Shown: positions 20,616 through 30,341, counted from the stretch's first letter. The stretch: DNA of 64,000 bases from Promethearchaeota archaeon (GCA_014728035.1 WJMJ01000079.1:1-64000), one strand, 5' to 3'. The notes: generated from the sequence alone by a model not told the origin. Numbers and translations: made by a program.

Positions 20616-21047
20616 CTATTCCTCAGAGTCCTCGGAAGGTTCGAAGGCCTCCGAGGCTCCATCAGCTATCATTTTCATGGTAGCTAGAACACGAAGGAGG
20701 TCTCCTGCAGTTACAATCCCTACCATTACTTCTCCATCAATTACTGGGATGTGTTTATTTCCAGTATTATTCATCAACAAAACCACTTGGCCCAAGTCCG
20801 CATCGGGCCCAATCGATACAACCGGTGAGCTCATTATATCTTCTAGATTCAAAGAGTGATAAACGTCATCTGAGAGTAATTGTGCTGCTATAATATCACG
20901 TTGTGTTACTATTCCCGTTACAACCTCATTCTTAGTAACAACCAGACTGCCAATATCCTCAGCAGCCATTAATTTTGCAGCTTTCACAACTGGTGTATCC
21001 ACTTCTGCAGTGATGATAATTTCGGTCATGAAATCTTGGACTTTCAT
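20616..21047 (-). CDS. CBS-pair domain protein
   Basis: Two CBS units (IGSLVV...GIVTQRDI and HIPVID...GIVTAGDL). Confidence 0.9.
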   Translation of the reverse strand: MKVQDFMTEIIITAEVDTPVVKAAKLMAAEDIGSLVVTKNEVVTGIVTQRDIIAAQLLSDDVYHSLNLEDIMSSPVVSIGPDADLGQVVLLMNNTGNKHIPVIDGEVMVGIVTAGDLLRVLATMKMIADGASEAFEPSEDSEE

Positions 21048-21085
21048 TGATCATTCTCCAATGGATCTTGATTATGATATCGTTA

Positions 21086-21688
21086 TTATAACTCGGTTCG
21101 CGACTTTTCAATTAGTGTTCTCTTCAAAATTTTTTCAGCAAGTGTTTTGAACACAGAATCTACAGATTCACCGGACTTTGCTGAAGTTTCATAATAACTA
21201 GCTTGGAACCAGTCTCGCAACATTATACCTGGCTCAACCGGAACCATTCTACTATCTTTCAAATCAATCTTATTTGCACAAATACATACGTCGGCCTCAG
21301 GACATGCTTCCCGAAATGATTCAAACCAGTTATTCATCGCCATGAAGGTTTCCGGACGTGTTACATCATATACTATAACTGCTCCTGCTGCACCATTCAT
21401 GAATTGACGTCTTAATTCTCTATATGTTGCCTGTCCGCCCATATCCCACAATACAAGTCGTACGTTTCTTTTCTCACCGTCATCGGCTATTACTACTTCA
21501 TCATTTGTGGCAAAGGTTGTTCCAATTGTTTGTTTATATTCCTCATCAAATACATTTTCAGTGTAACGTCGGATTAATGCTGTTTTTCCAACAGATGCTT
21601 CTCCTAATAGAACTACTCGAAACTTATATCCATCAAATCCTTCCCCGTATGAAACACCTTTACTTGAGGTTCTATCATTGTCCGACAC
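21086..21688 (-). CDS. Rab-like small GTPase
   Basis: GEASVGKT, TIG, WDMGGQ, NKID and ETSAK. Confidence 0.93.
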   Translation of the reverse strand: MSDNDRTSSKGVSYGEGFDGYKFRVVLLGEASVGKTALIRRYTENVFDEEYKQTIGTTFATNDEVVIADDGEKRNVRLVLWDMGGQATYRELRRQFMNGAAGAVIVYDVTRPETFMAMNNWFESFREACPEADVCICANKIDLKDSRMVPVEPGIMLRDWFQASYYETSAKSGESVDSVFKTLAEKILKRTLIEKSRTEL

Positions 21689-21832
21689 GAGTATATCTCC
21701 CTATCTTACGGTTAGTCAAAAGCGTTCTATATATTTTTTTTAGTTTTGACTATTTGTGGCAGTTTCTATTCCTTAGTATCTTTCTTAACCCTAAAAAGTA
21801 TACGTGGGAGAGAGTCTCTCTCCCCAATAGTA

Positions 21833-23506
21833 TTACCATTGATTATTTCTTGGCAGATTCAATTCAAATCCGACGACAGGCATTCCAATTTTAAATGCTT
21901 GGAGAACTTCGGGTGCGATTTCTCCAATAATACCTCTTGATTTCTCCTTGATTATAATTTCAGCACATCTACCAGCAATAAATGAGGGGTCTTCTTTTCT
22001 CTTGAATTCAAAGTGGCCCCGAAGACCGAGATTTCTCAATAGGAAACCCACCTCATTAATCAAATCTGTTACATTCACAGTGGTGTCACTAGTAATACCA
22101 CATATTGCAGGAATCTGTTGACATCTTGTTTCTGCTCTTTGGTCAGGAATTACTATATCTCCCACTTCGAAGACTTTCTGTGGATAATCTGCATGTTGAT
22201 TTTGTGATGTGAAATCTAGTAGAACTGGAAGCAAGGAATTCCGTAAGATGGAATAGTCTCTGCTTTTTGGATTTGAAGTTTTCACCAAGGCTCTATCACG
22301 ATTCATCTTTTCGTTCATAATCTCAGGAGAACTCATAATGAAACTGAGAATCTCTTGATATCCGATTCCAATCATTAAGTCTCGTGTTTTATTTTTTAGT
22401 CGAGATATGGGAAGGAGTTTTCCAGTTGTCATTGTTTCTGGCATTGTTGGCTCAATATTATTGAATCCATAACCAATAGCAATATCCTCAATGATATCTA
22501 CGTCATGAAGGATATCCGTTCTATATGCTGGTACCTTTACTTCAACAGATCCATTTCCAATTGATTTTGCACCATAACACATTCTTTTGAGTGCTTTGAC
22601 AATTTGAGTTGATTTCAAATCTAAACCCAGTAAATCTCTTACTTGATCCCGATGAATCTCTCTAATCTTAGGTGAAAGATCGGGGGTTTCCCATATATCA
22701 CCATCAGGATATCTGATGGTTACGGATTGTACTTTTCCACCTCTTTCTGCAATAGCAGCAGTGATGATATTCAATGCTTGATTAACGGTTGGTATATGGG
22801 TTCCTGTTACTTCTACAAAGATATCTTGGGTTGTTTCTGTAATCCTACCTAAGTCATTACTATTGATTACTGGGGGTAAACTAAGAATCCCATCATCAGA
22901 ATCGATGAGGAGTGGCCATTTCTTGAAATCAGAAATAATTGGACCAAATATTATTCCTTTATCATGTTCTTTCATGATAGTCGGACCGTTCATTACTTTT
23001 TCATGACCTAATGGCACGAATTGGATTTTCTTTGGACTTTCAAGCCGGTAATGAATTGGGAACTTGATATCTTCGTACACATACAAACCAATACTAGCTT
23101 TCTTTCTGTTTCTTCCATGAGTTGCAGTCAAACTCTCTTGCAGGTGCATATACTCCTTTACAAGTTCTTCATCAATTATAGCACCTTTGATGATACTACA
23201 TGCAATATATGGACGAATCTTCTCTAACCCCTCACCTACAACTATCTCCTTTCCTGACTTTGTTACTTTCATTTTAGGGAGTCCTTTCTGGATTCCCATG
23301 AAAGATTTTACTGCTCTTGCAATACCCTCTGCAGAAAGCATATCCTGTCTATCTGGATTGACTTCTATCTCTATATTATTCCCGTCTATTTTTTCTATCT
23401 CTGCTTTTATCAAGAATAACGTATCTTCTAATTCTTCTATTGATAGTTTTTTTCCAATTAGGTCAAGGAGACTATCTAATCTACATTCTACAATCATATC
23501 GCTCAC
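21833..23506 (-). CDS. pheT: Phenylalanine--tRNA ligase beta subunit (archaeal type)
   Basis: NPDRQDMLSAEG, RNRKKASIG, PPVINS, PAYRTDILHDVDIIEDIAIGYG and LRNSLLP. Confidence 0.96.
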   Translation of the reverse strand: MSDMIVECRLDSLLDLIGKKLSIEELEDTLFLIKAEIEKIDGNNIEIEVNPDRQDMLSAEGIARAVKSFMGIQKGLPKMKVTKSGKEIVVGEGLEKIRPYIACSIIKGAIIDEELVKEYMHLQESLTATHGRNRKKASIGLYVYEDIKFPIHYRLESPKKIQFVPLGHEKVMNGPTIMKEHDKGIIFGPIISDFKKWPLLIDSDDGILSLPPVINSNDLGRITETTQDIFVEVTGTHIPTVNQALNIITAAIAERGGKVQSVTIRYPDGDIWETPDLSPKIREIHRDQVRDLLGLDLKSTQIVKALKRMCYGAKSIGNGSVEVKVPAYRTDILHDVDIIEDIAIGYGFNNIEPTMPETMTTGKLLPISRLKNKTRDLMIGIGYQEILSFIMSSPEIMNEKMNRDRALVKTSNPKSRDYSILRNSLLPVLLDFTSQNQHADYPQKVFEVGDIVIPDQRAETRCQQIPAICGITSDTTVNVTDLINEVGFLLRNLGLRGHFEFKRKEDPSFIAGRCAEIIIKEKSRGIIGEIAPEVLQAFKIGMPVVGFELNLPRNNQW

Positions 23507-25012
23507 CTATGGTATGAAATATTTCCTTCTTATCCAACTCAGGTCTCGGGAGTAGAGTTCTCTAATATCATCTATTCCCATAGCTGCCATGTATAATCTA
23601 CCTGATCCAATTCCCCACGCAAGAACTGAATCTTTGATTCCCAGAGGATATGTTACTTCTGGCCTGAAAATTCCTCCAGGTGCAACTTCAATCCATCCAA
23701 GTTTATCGTGTTTTGCAAATCCTTCTATGCTTGGCTCTGTGAAAGGAAATTGACCTGGTTTGAATTTCAACTTCTTAATTCCTACACGGGTACAAATTTC
23801 TCTGATATATCCCATTAGGTCTCGAAGAGTGAGTCCCTTATCCATTATAATACCTTCACATTGATTGAATTCCTGTGCATGTCGTGCACTAAGGGTCTCA
23901 GATCTGAAATTTCGTTCAATAATGAACATCTTCTGAGGTGACTCTCTATGTTCTGATAAATATCTGAGAGAAACTGGAGTTGTGTGTGAACGAAGACAGA
24001 GTCTAGTAGTTACTTCTTTACTGAATGGGGCCTCCCAACCAATAGAACCTGTATCTCCTCCGTCTTCGTGAACTTTCTTCACCTGTTTGTAATGTTTCTC
24101 GTCGATGATGGAACCATGGTCATAGGGTTTGTGCACTCTGAATTGGTCCTGTTCTTCTCTTGCAACATGATCTTGTGGTACAAAAAGAACATCGTTATTC
24201 CAGAATTCTGTTTCCACATACGGTCCAAACCACTCTGTGAATCCAAGACCAATGAGAATTTCTCGAAGCCAGTCATTGAATTCCGCATAGGGGTGTTTTC
24301 TTCCATAATTGATGTGAGGTGGTTGAATTTCTACATTAAATGGTTTGAAATCCTTTCCTTTCCATTTTCCTGTTTTAAGAATCTCTGCAGACAGGTCCGC
24401 AATGCCATCAATTGTATCTTCAAGAAGATCGGAGATTTCTTCTTCTTTATCTTTGATGATTTCTGTTTCAAATTTCTTGGTAATACTAGACAAGATGAGC
24501 TTTCTATCCTCGGCAGTTTTAATGCCTTTTGCGAGTGACTTTGGGATTTCTTCTTTTGAACTCAGCTTTGTCAATATTGCTTCGACATCTGAATTTGCTT
24601 CATCAGTATTTGTTTGAAAGAGGGTTTTCCCATCAGACTTTGTAATTTTTAGCCAACCATTTTTTCTTGACCAGCTTATTGCGATTCCTTTCTCTTTTTG
24701 AGATATTCCTGCTCTTGAAACTGCTTCATCCATGGTTGCCTGCCCTCCAAGTTCCTTAACGGCCTTGAAGAGACGAACTTCAGGAAGTCCTTTCTCTGCG
24801 TATGTTCTTCCTTCATCTGTCAGTGAGTAAGATACTATCTCAATGATTTCCAATTCCACAAGTTCTCTTTGAGCAAGTGAATTAAGAATCGATACGATGC
24901 GTTCTTCTTTTTGTCCAAGATGTTCAGCCAGTTTTGAAGCCTCGATTCTTTTACTTATCTCAGTTAGTTGAGTTAGAACCGACCTCTCTCCTTCTGTCAG
25001 CTGCTCATTCAT
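23507..25012 (-). CDS. pheS: Phenylalanine--tRNA ligase alpha subunit (archaeal type)
   Basis: FWNNDVLFVPQDHVARE, LRSHTT, FNQCEG, FPFTEPS and GIFRPEV. Abuts pheT. Confidence 0.96.
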   Translation of the reverse strand: MNEQLTEGERSVLTQLTEISKRIEASKLAEHLGQKEERIVSILNSLAQRELVELEIIEIVSYSLTDEGRTYAEKGLPEVRLFKAVKELGGQATMDEAVSRAGISQKEKGIAISWSRKNGWLKITKSDGKTLFQTNTDEANSDVEAILTKLSSKEEIPKSLAKGIKTAEDRKLILSSITKKFETEIIKDKEEEISDLLEDTIDGIADLSAEILKTGKWKGKDFKPFNVEIQPPHINYGRKHPYAEFNDWLREILIGLGFTEWFGPYVETEFWNNDVLFVPQDHVAREEQDQFRVHKPYDHGSIIDEKHYKQVKKVHEDGGDTGSIGWEAPFSKEVTTRLCLRSHTTPVSLRYLSEHRESPQKMFIIERNFRSETLSARHAQEFNQCEGIIMDKGLTLRDLMGYIREICTRVGIKKLKFKPGQFPFTEPSIEGFAKHDKLGWIEVAPGGIFRPEVTYPLGIKDSVLAWGIGSGRLYMAAMGIDDIRELYSRDLSWIRRKYFIP

Positions 25013-25253
25013 ATATCACTCAAAACTCCTGTTACTCTATAATGGTGATGGGGAATAGCCATTAACGGTTTATCAACTGGATAGAAAGAATCACTTACTA
25101 GAGTGATGTAAATTGGCGGTACATCCCTTCTTCACCTGTTAAATGGAATCAAATATGTTTCCTTTTAAAATCTTCTTACAAGGTAGGTTTTCACGTACAT
25201 AGAAGAATTAATCATATTTTGAAAAGGGATAAAGAAAACTCTGAGGTTGACAC

Positions 25254-25811
25254 ATGGTTAAACTGTTGGATGCTATCGTTGTCGTGGATGTAGAAGCGAC
25301 TTGTTGGGAAGGTAAGGCACCCCAAGATCAACAAAGCGAAATTATAGAAATTGGACTATGTTTACTAGACTTGGATAGTCTTTCGCTTTCTGAGAAATGT
25401 GGCATCTTAGTTAAACCAATCATGTCCAGCGTTAGCGATTTCTGTACTAAGCTAACAACACTAACGCAAAAACAAGTAGATAAAGGAATATCCTTCAAAG
25501 AAGCGTGTGAAATACTAATTGAGAAATACCATACTAAGAAACGAACATGGGCGAGCTATGGGGCTTACGATCGGCTGCAATTCGAACGTCAATGCAAATC
25601 TTTTGGTATCCCCTATCCATTTGGTTCAAATCATATTAACGTGAAGAATCTTTATGCTTTATTAACCAAAAAATCACGTGAAGTAGGAATGAAAAGAGCT
25701 TTGGATGAATTAGGTATCTCTTTGGAGGGAACTCATCATCGAGGACAGGATGATGCCTGGAATATTGGTAAAATTCTTCTGAAGATATTAGATACTGCTA
25801 GGTCTTTGTAG
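25254..25811 (+). CDS. DEDDh 3'-5' exonuclease (KapD/ERI-1-like)
   Basis: VDVEATCWE, EIIEIG, SDFCTKLT, YDRLQF and HHRGQDDAWN. Confidence 0.88.
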   Translation: MVKLLDAIVVVDVEATCWEGKAPQDQQSEIIEIGLCLLDLDSLSLSEKCGILVKPIMSSVSDFCTKLTTLTQKQVDKGISFKEACEILIEKYHTKKRTWASYGAYDRLQFERQCKSFGIPYPFGSNHINVKNLYALLTKKSREVGMKRALDELGISLEGTHHRGQDDAWNIGKILLKILDTARSL

Positions 25812-25943
25812 CGGTGCAATCGCTAATTGTATAAGACATAATGTTAAAATACCGTCCCAGAAGCTTCTAATCCGATTACAGTCGGAGACCTCTTATTCTT
25901 GACGTTATCCGTCCTACAGCTTTGATTAGAAAGGTGAAACATA

Positions 25944-27020
25944 CTGAATATACAACGACATCAACTGAAACGCAAAATTGCGAAACTAAAGGCGTACAAA
26001 GGTCGACATAGTTCATTTACCACATTGTATATTCCACCATCCAAAAATTTGATTGATGTAATCAGTTTTGTTCGTGATGAATTGGCTGGCGCTGAGAATA
26101 TCAAAAGCAAAGCAAATCGCAAAAACGTTCAAGATAATTTGAATGCTATTCTTACTGAACTTACCACTATCTCCGACCTTCCTGAAAATGGGATTGCTTT
26201 CTTTTTTGGTATTATCGAAGAAGGCGGAACAACTGAAGAGATTCGTGAAATCGTAGTCCCTCCAGCCCCAATTTCTCAGTTTATCTATCTATGTGGTAAA
26301 GAGTTCATCACGGAAGAACTCGAAGATATGGCTCAACCAAAAAGTCTGGTAGTTATTGTTCTTATTGAAGGTGGAAAGATGACGATTGGATATCTTCGTG
26401 GAAAGAGTATCGAGCTAATTCGGGATGATGATTTCTATATCATTGGGAAAACTCGTGCTGGAGGTCAGAGTGCAAAGAGATATCTTCGTTTAAGAGAGGA
26501 ACGTATGGATGCGTTCTTCAAGCATGTAGCTAAGACACTCAATGAATTACTTGTTGATAATGTTGACAATGTGGATGCTATCGTTTTGGGAGGAAATACA
26601 ATTCGAGCTCAAGAGTTTCTTGAACGAGGTGATCTTGACTATCGTCTTCGAGAAAAGGTTGTAGAGAATATTATTCCAGTGAGTGTCATTGACGAAACTG
26701 GCCTTTATCAAGCAATGAAAGAAGCATCAAGGCTCTTACGAGAAACGGAGATTTATGCAGAACGTGAGATGTGGGAAAGTTTCATGCAAGATTTGATGAA
26801 AGGCCATTCTACAGCTGCATACGGTGAAAAGGAAGTCATGGATGCATTACATCAAGGACGTATTGATACAATTCTGATATTGGAAGGAGACCCACGAATT
26901 GATGAATTAATAGATGAGGTAGAAAATTACGGGTCTGAAATTATGATATTCTCCCCTCAAACTGAGTCTGGTGCCCAATTGAAATCCTTTGGTGGTATAG
27001 CTGCAAAATTGAGATGGTAA
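25944..27020 (+). CDS. prf1: Peptide chain release factor aRF1
   Basis: NIKS, YLCGKEF (YxCxxxF), GGQS and FGGIAAKLR. The conserved N-terminus (KLKAYKGRHSSFTTLY) extends upstream of the ORF-track start at 26025 to CTG 25944 or ATA 25941. Confidence 0.9.
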   Translation: MNIQRHQLKRKIAKLKAYKGRHSSFTTLYIPPSKNLIDVISFVRDELAGAENIKSKANRKNVQDNLNAILTELTTISDLPENGIAFFFGIIEEGGTTEEIREIVVPPAPISQFIYLCGKEFITEELEDMAQPKSLVVIVLIEGGKMTIGYLRGKSIELIRDDDFYIIGKTRAGGQSAKRYLRLREERMDAFFKHVAKTLNELLVDNVDNVDAIVLGGNTIRAQEFLERGDLDYRLREKVVENIIPVSVIDETGLYQAMKEASRLLRETEIYAEREMWESFMQDLMKGHSTAAYGEKEVMDALHQGRIDTILILEGDPRIDELIDEVENYGSEIMIFSPQTESGAQLKSFGGIAAKLRW

Positions 27021-27022
27021 CA

Positions 27023-27439
27023 CTACCTATCTTTTGGTACCTTTGGGATGTCCTTCAGAGTCTTAATATCTTCAGACCATTTAGTAATTTCTTCAAGAAT
27101 AGTTTCCATGTATTGGCTAAGTGCATCATAGAATCTATGTAGATGTTCTGAACGTAATTTTCCAGACTTTGATCTATAATCATCAACTCGTTTTGGTAAT
27201 CCTTTTTCCCACTTTTTTAGAAGCAATTCAGCTTTTCTATCTTTTAGCAATTTTCTCGCAAGTCTGCTTTTTGAAGCTAATTCTATTAATTCTTCAATAC
27301 CTCTTTGTATTGATATTGTATTTACCACTAATTGCTTTGCATCAGCTTTCTTATCAGCACTACGAGAAGAATAGTATACATACTTGAGGTCTCGTTTTAC
27401 TAGTAATACTTGGTTTTGGAAGCTCCTCAATTCGCGCAT
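27023..27439 (-). CDS. Hypothetical basic helical protein
   Basis: 138-aa ORF with GAGGT upstream of the ATG. Last gene of the minus-strand run. Confidence 0.7.
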   Translation of the reverse strand: MRELRSFQNQVLLVKRDLKYVYYSSRSADKKADAKQLVVNTISIQRGIEELIELASKSRLARKLLKDRKAELLLKKWEKGLPKRVDDYRSKSGKLRSEHLHRFYDALSQYMETILEEITKWSEDIKTLKDIPKVPKDR

Positions 27440-27475
27440 GGTATTACCTCTGCATACAAAGACATTATTCTTTTG

Positions 27476-28126
27476 CTAATAGATTGAATATTGGCAAATT
27501 CCGTTTTTAGAATATGGGCACGGTCTGCACTTTTCGCCTGGTTCTGCTATTGGTTTTCTAGAACCAAACCAAATCTCATCCAAGCGTTTCAGTTCTCTCA
27601 GTATCCATTTTTGGTCATACTTCTGGGTGAAAGCTTCTCCAAAATCACATGATATACAATCTGTTGTATTTCTATTGTTTTCACAACGAGCGGCATGCTG
27701 TTGCAAACAATATATTATTACTAGTTTTGTTTTCGAGCAGGAGGCGCCGCTTTCTTGAATCGCTTGAGCATATAATGCAGCTTGGAACATGTCTTCTTTT
27801 CGAGCTTCTCTTGGTAGGTATTTGATTGGAAACTTTCTTTCTATCATCAGGTCAAGAATTGGTGCCTCTTCAAAATGAAGAACGGCCTGGTCAAATCTAC
27901 CTTTGTATCTATGGCCAATTGAAATTACTGATTCTTCACTAAACAAAAAATATTGCTTATCCCTGACCTTGGAGGGTGTTTGTTTGAGAAATGAATTGAG
28001 ATCTATACGTGCTGGTCTAGCTCGGAACATAATGGATTTAACCGAACCTGGGATACCTCCTGAAATCAGAATTATAAGAATGATAGTGCATATAATAAAT
28101 AATCCAAGGAACAATGCAGACGACAA
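27476..28126 (-). CDS. Cas4-like PD-(D/E)XK nuclease, C-terminal part with an N-terminal TM anchor
   Basis: N-terminal hydrophobic helix, RecB-like motifs SEE, GRFD, IERK and QAALY, and C-terminal CRPCPYSKNGIC. Confidence 0.8.
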   Translation of the reverse strand: MSSALFLGLFIICTIILIILISGGIPGSVKSIMFRARPARIDLNSFLKQTPSKVRDKQYFLFSEESVISIGHRYKGRFDQAVLHFEEAPILDLMIERKFPIKYLPREARKEDMFQAALYAQAIQESGASCSKTKLVIIYCLQQHAARCENNRNTTDCISCDFGEAFTQKYDQKWILRELKRLDEIWFGSRKPIAEPGEKCRPCPYSKNGICQYSIY

Positions 28127-28130
28127 GTAA

Positions 28131-28382
28131 TCACATCCAAATCCAAAATATTGCAGAAATAATAATGATGACCAATAGCAGTATGAGAATCGTCCTGTTT
28201 GCAGCTGATTTTGATACTTCTACAGCAATTTTACTGTGTAAACGTGTTCCTCCACGACTTGCTTCCGATGAAGTTCCACCGTGTAATTGTTTAAGAAACA
28301 AACGGTATTCACAATAGAATTGAATCCTAAGATCGGATACATTTCTAAATGAAGATATTCCTTTTCGATCTGTTTTATTCAC
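28131..28382 (-). CDS. Cas4-like nuclease N-terminal segment with a C-terminal TM anchor
   Basis: VSDLRIQFYCEYRLFL (first Fe-S Cys motif) and GTRLH, then ILILLLVIIIISAIFWIW. Confidence 0.72.
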   Translation of the reverse strand: MNKTDRKGISSFRNVSDLRIQFYCEYRLFLKQLHGGTSSEASRGGTRLHSKIAVEVSKSAANRTILILLLVIIIISAIFWIWM

Positions 28383-29605
28383 GAACTTGCACCTTCTTTT
28401 TGTGTGGATATCCCTTGAAAAGGTACACTACTATTTTCGTTGATATATTTGAGAGTTGGAATGCTCAGAATTACGAATATTAGTGGAACAACTAAAGCTA
28501 ACTGCAAATTCCATCCTGGCAAATCTGCAAAGAATCCAGTTAGTACTGGCCCAACTGCCCCACCAAAGAAGGTAAAAATAGCTGAGATACCAAATAGTCT
28601 CCCTTCCATTCCAACCGGAATTATTTTCGCATAGAGTGCTCTAGTAAGAGTAACATTCCCACCTAGTGCAAAACCAGCAACGCATGTAACCGCGATAATT
28701 GGCATTAGCGCACCAAAAATAACAATGCTAGCAAATCCAACTGCCCACACTCCTAAGTTAATCCCTTGAATTCTAACTATTCCATATTTATCTCCTAAAT
28801 GTCCTTGAGCGTATCCCCCAATTATTGCAAAAGGTAATGCTAATCCTACGACAAAAGCAATATTGTCCAATGGAATTAATAGTACCTGATTTGCAATCAA
28901 TGATGCAAAAGTCATAATAGTTGAAATAGCATCCCCCCATAGAATTGAACCTAGCAAGTACATTTTGATTGATGTGTTATCCTTAATCTCATGAAGAATC
29001 TCTGCCAAGTTTGGATTTTCTATTTGGGCTTCCTTCGGTAAATCTTTCAATAACACTGCTGGAATTAGTGCAAATAGGATAAGAAATAATCCAATGAAAA
29101 TCAATGCATGATTTCTTGATGCCAATCTTTCTATTATGACTGCTCCTCCCGCGCCAATTGCACCACCAATATATCCGAATACTATACCAATTCCTGAGAG
29201 CGCCCCCATATTTTTCTCTTCTCCTTCAGATGCTAGGTATGAATTTACTGCAGTCCAACCAGTCTGGATTCCTATTGACATCAGAGTGAACAACAGGACA
29301 AGACCCGAAAGAGAAGTGTTCAATCGCGTCATCATTATTATTGATAGACCTGCAACAAGCACAGAAATCAAAATCAGTATTCTTCTGCAAAAAGAATCTG
29401 AAGGAGCTCTATCTATTAGCAAACCAACTATAGGTGTCCACAACGCAGCGATTGACCCAGTAACCAAAGGTAATACACCAACCAGTGTATTAGTTCCCCC
29501 TGCACCAATAATCATCAAAGGCAAATATAACGCATTTATTGCAAATGCAACAGGTGTTGATGCAAAGTCATAAAATGCCCAGATTATTTTTTCGCGCTGA
29601 CGCAT
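28379..29605 (-). CDS. MFS transporter (UMF1/ATG22-like)
   Basis: WAFYDFA N-terminus, about 12 TM helices and RALYAKIIP...FG. Confidence 0.85.
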   Translation of the reverse strand: MRQREKIIWAFYDFASTPVAFAINALYLPLMIIGAGGTNTLVGVLPLVTGSIAALWTPIVGLLIDRAPSDSFCRRILILISVLVAGLSIIMMTRLNTSLSGLVLLFTLMSIGIQTGWTAVNSYLASEGEEKNMGALSGIGIVFGYIGGAIGAGGAVIIERLASRNHALIFIGLFLILFALIPAVLLKDLPKEAQIENPNLAEILHEIKDNTSIKMYLLGSILWGDAISTIMTFASLIANQVLLIPLDNIAFVVGLALPFAIIGGYAQGHLGDKYGIVRIQGINLGVWAVGFASIVIFGALMPIIAVTCVAGFALGGNVTLTRALYAKIIPVGMEGRLFGISAIFTFFGGAVGPVLTGFFADLPGWNLQLALVVPLIFVILSIPTLKYINENSSVPFQGISTQKEGASS

Positions 29606-29764
29606 GAGTTTAAGTCTCCATCACTTTTTCTTCTTATTGTCGATTTTTAATTGCTTTCCAGGGGGGAGAAACGAGAGAGCTTTATTTATATGAGACTAAA
29701 GAGAATTCATAGAATAGCAGACTTCCTCAAGGAGTCAAAGGGGAACCGAACAGGTGAAATAATA

Positions 29765-30187
29765 ATGTCTGATACTGACTATGAAGGAGCCACTGCGGGA
29801 CGAGTACTTGTGTACGATGATAGCGAAACCGTGACCTTTCCAAAGAAGTTCAAGGAAGCAATGGGAACTGAAAGAGGTCTTATGGTTCTCGTGTATAAAG
29901 ATCGCTTAATCAAACTCTTCCCTCTCGAGACCGAAGATGTAAAATTCCTCTCTCTTGAGATTGGCAAACTAACTAATGATTTCTTAACAACACTCTCAAA
30001 GATTTTCAAAGAGAGTGGTCTTGTAGATTTACTATTCTCGACTGGTGTGTGTTTGCGTGGCACTAGATGTTTTTACGAGTGTTACTTCAACCCAAAACAG
30101 CTTAGTACTGATATTGACAGTTTAAGACAGAAACTTGAAGGTCTTAGTGGAGTCAAAAATATCATCATTGAGGATGTTCCAGTATAA
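29765..30187 (+). CDS. Putative AbrB-like plus ACT-domain regulator
   Basis: ATG 29765 follows AGGTGA. VTFPKKFKEAMG is AbrB-like, and the C-terminus has an ACT-like beta-alpha-beta pattern ending LEGLSGVKNI. Confidence 0.55.
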   Translation: MSDTDYEGATAGRVLVYDDSETVTFPKKFKEAMGTERGLMVLVYKDRLIKLFPLETEDVKFLSLEIGKLTNDFLTTLSKIFKESGLVDLLFSTGVCLRGTRCFYECYFNPKQLSTDIDSLRQKLEGLSGVKNIIIEDVPV

Positions 30188-30219
30188 GCTCTAGTACCTT
30201 ATTTTGAAGGAAAGTCTGC

Positions 30220-30248
30220 GGGCGATATTCGCCCCTATCTTTCTTCTT
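30220..30248 (+). terminator. Hairpin plus pyrimidine tract
   Basis: gggcga-tat-tcgccc followed by ctatctttcttctt. Confidence 0.45.
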
Positions 30249-30341
30249 CAGCATGTCGAAAGATATTTCTAAAAACCACCTCTGAAAATTCCAAGGGATT
30301 CATACTATCGTTCACTAAGAAGAATAACAGAGGATTCGGAT

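Noticed and set aside
21086-21100. C-terminal RTEL on the second GTPase, resembling a KDEL retrieval signal
   Set aside because: The protein is cytosolic with no signal peptide, and a 4-residue match is expected by chance.
27476-28382. CRISPR-Cas locus suggested by the Cas4-like genes
   Set aside because: No repeat-spacer array and no cas1, cas2 or effector genes were seen anywhere in the window.
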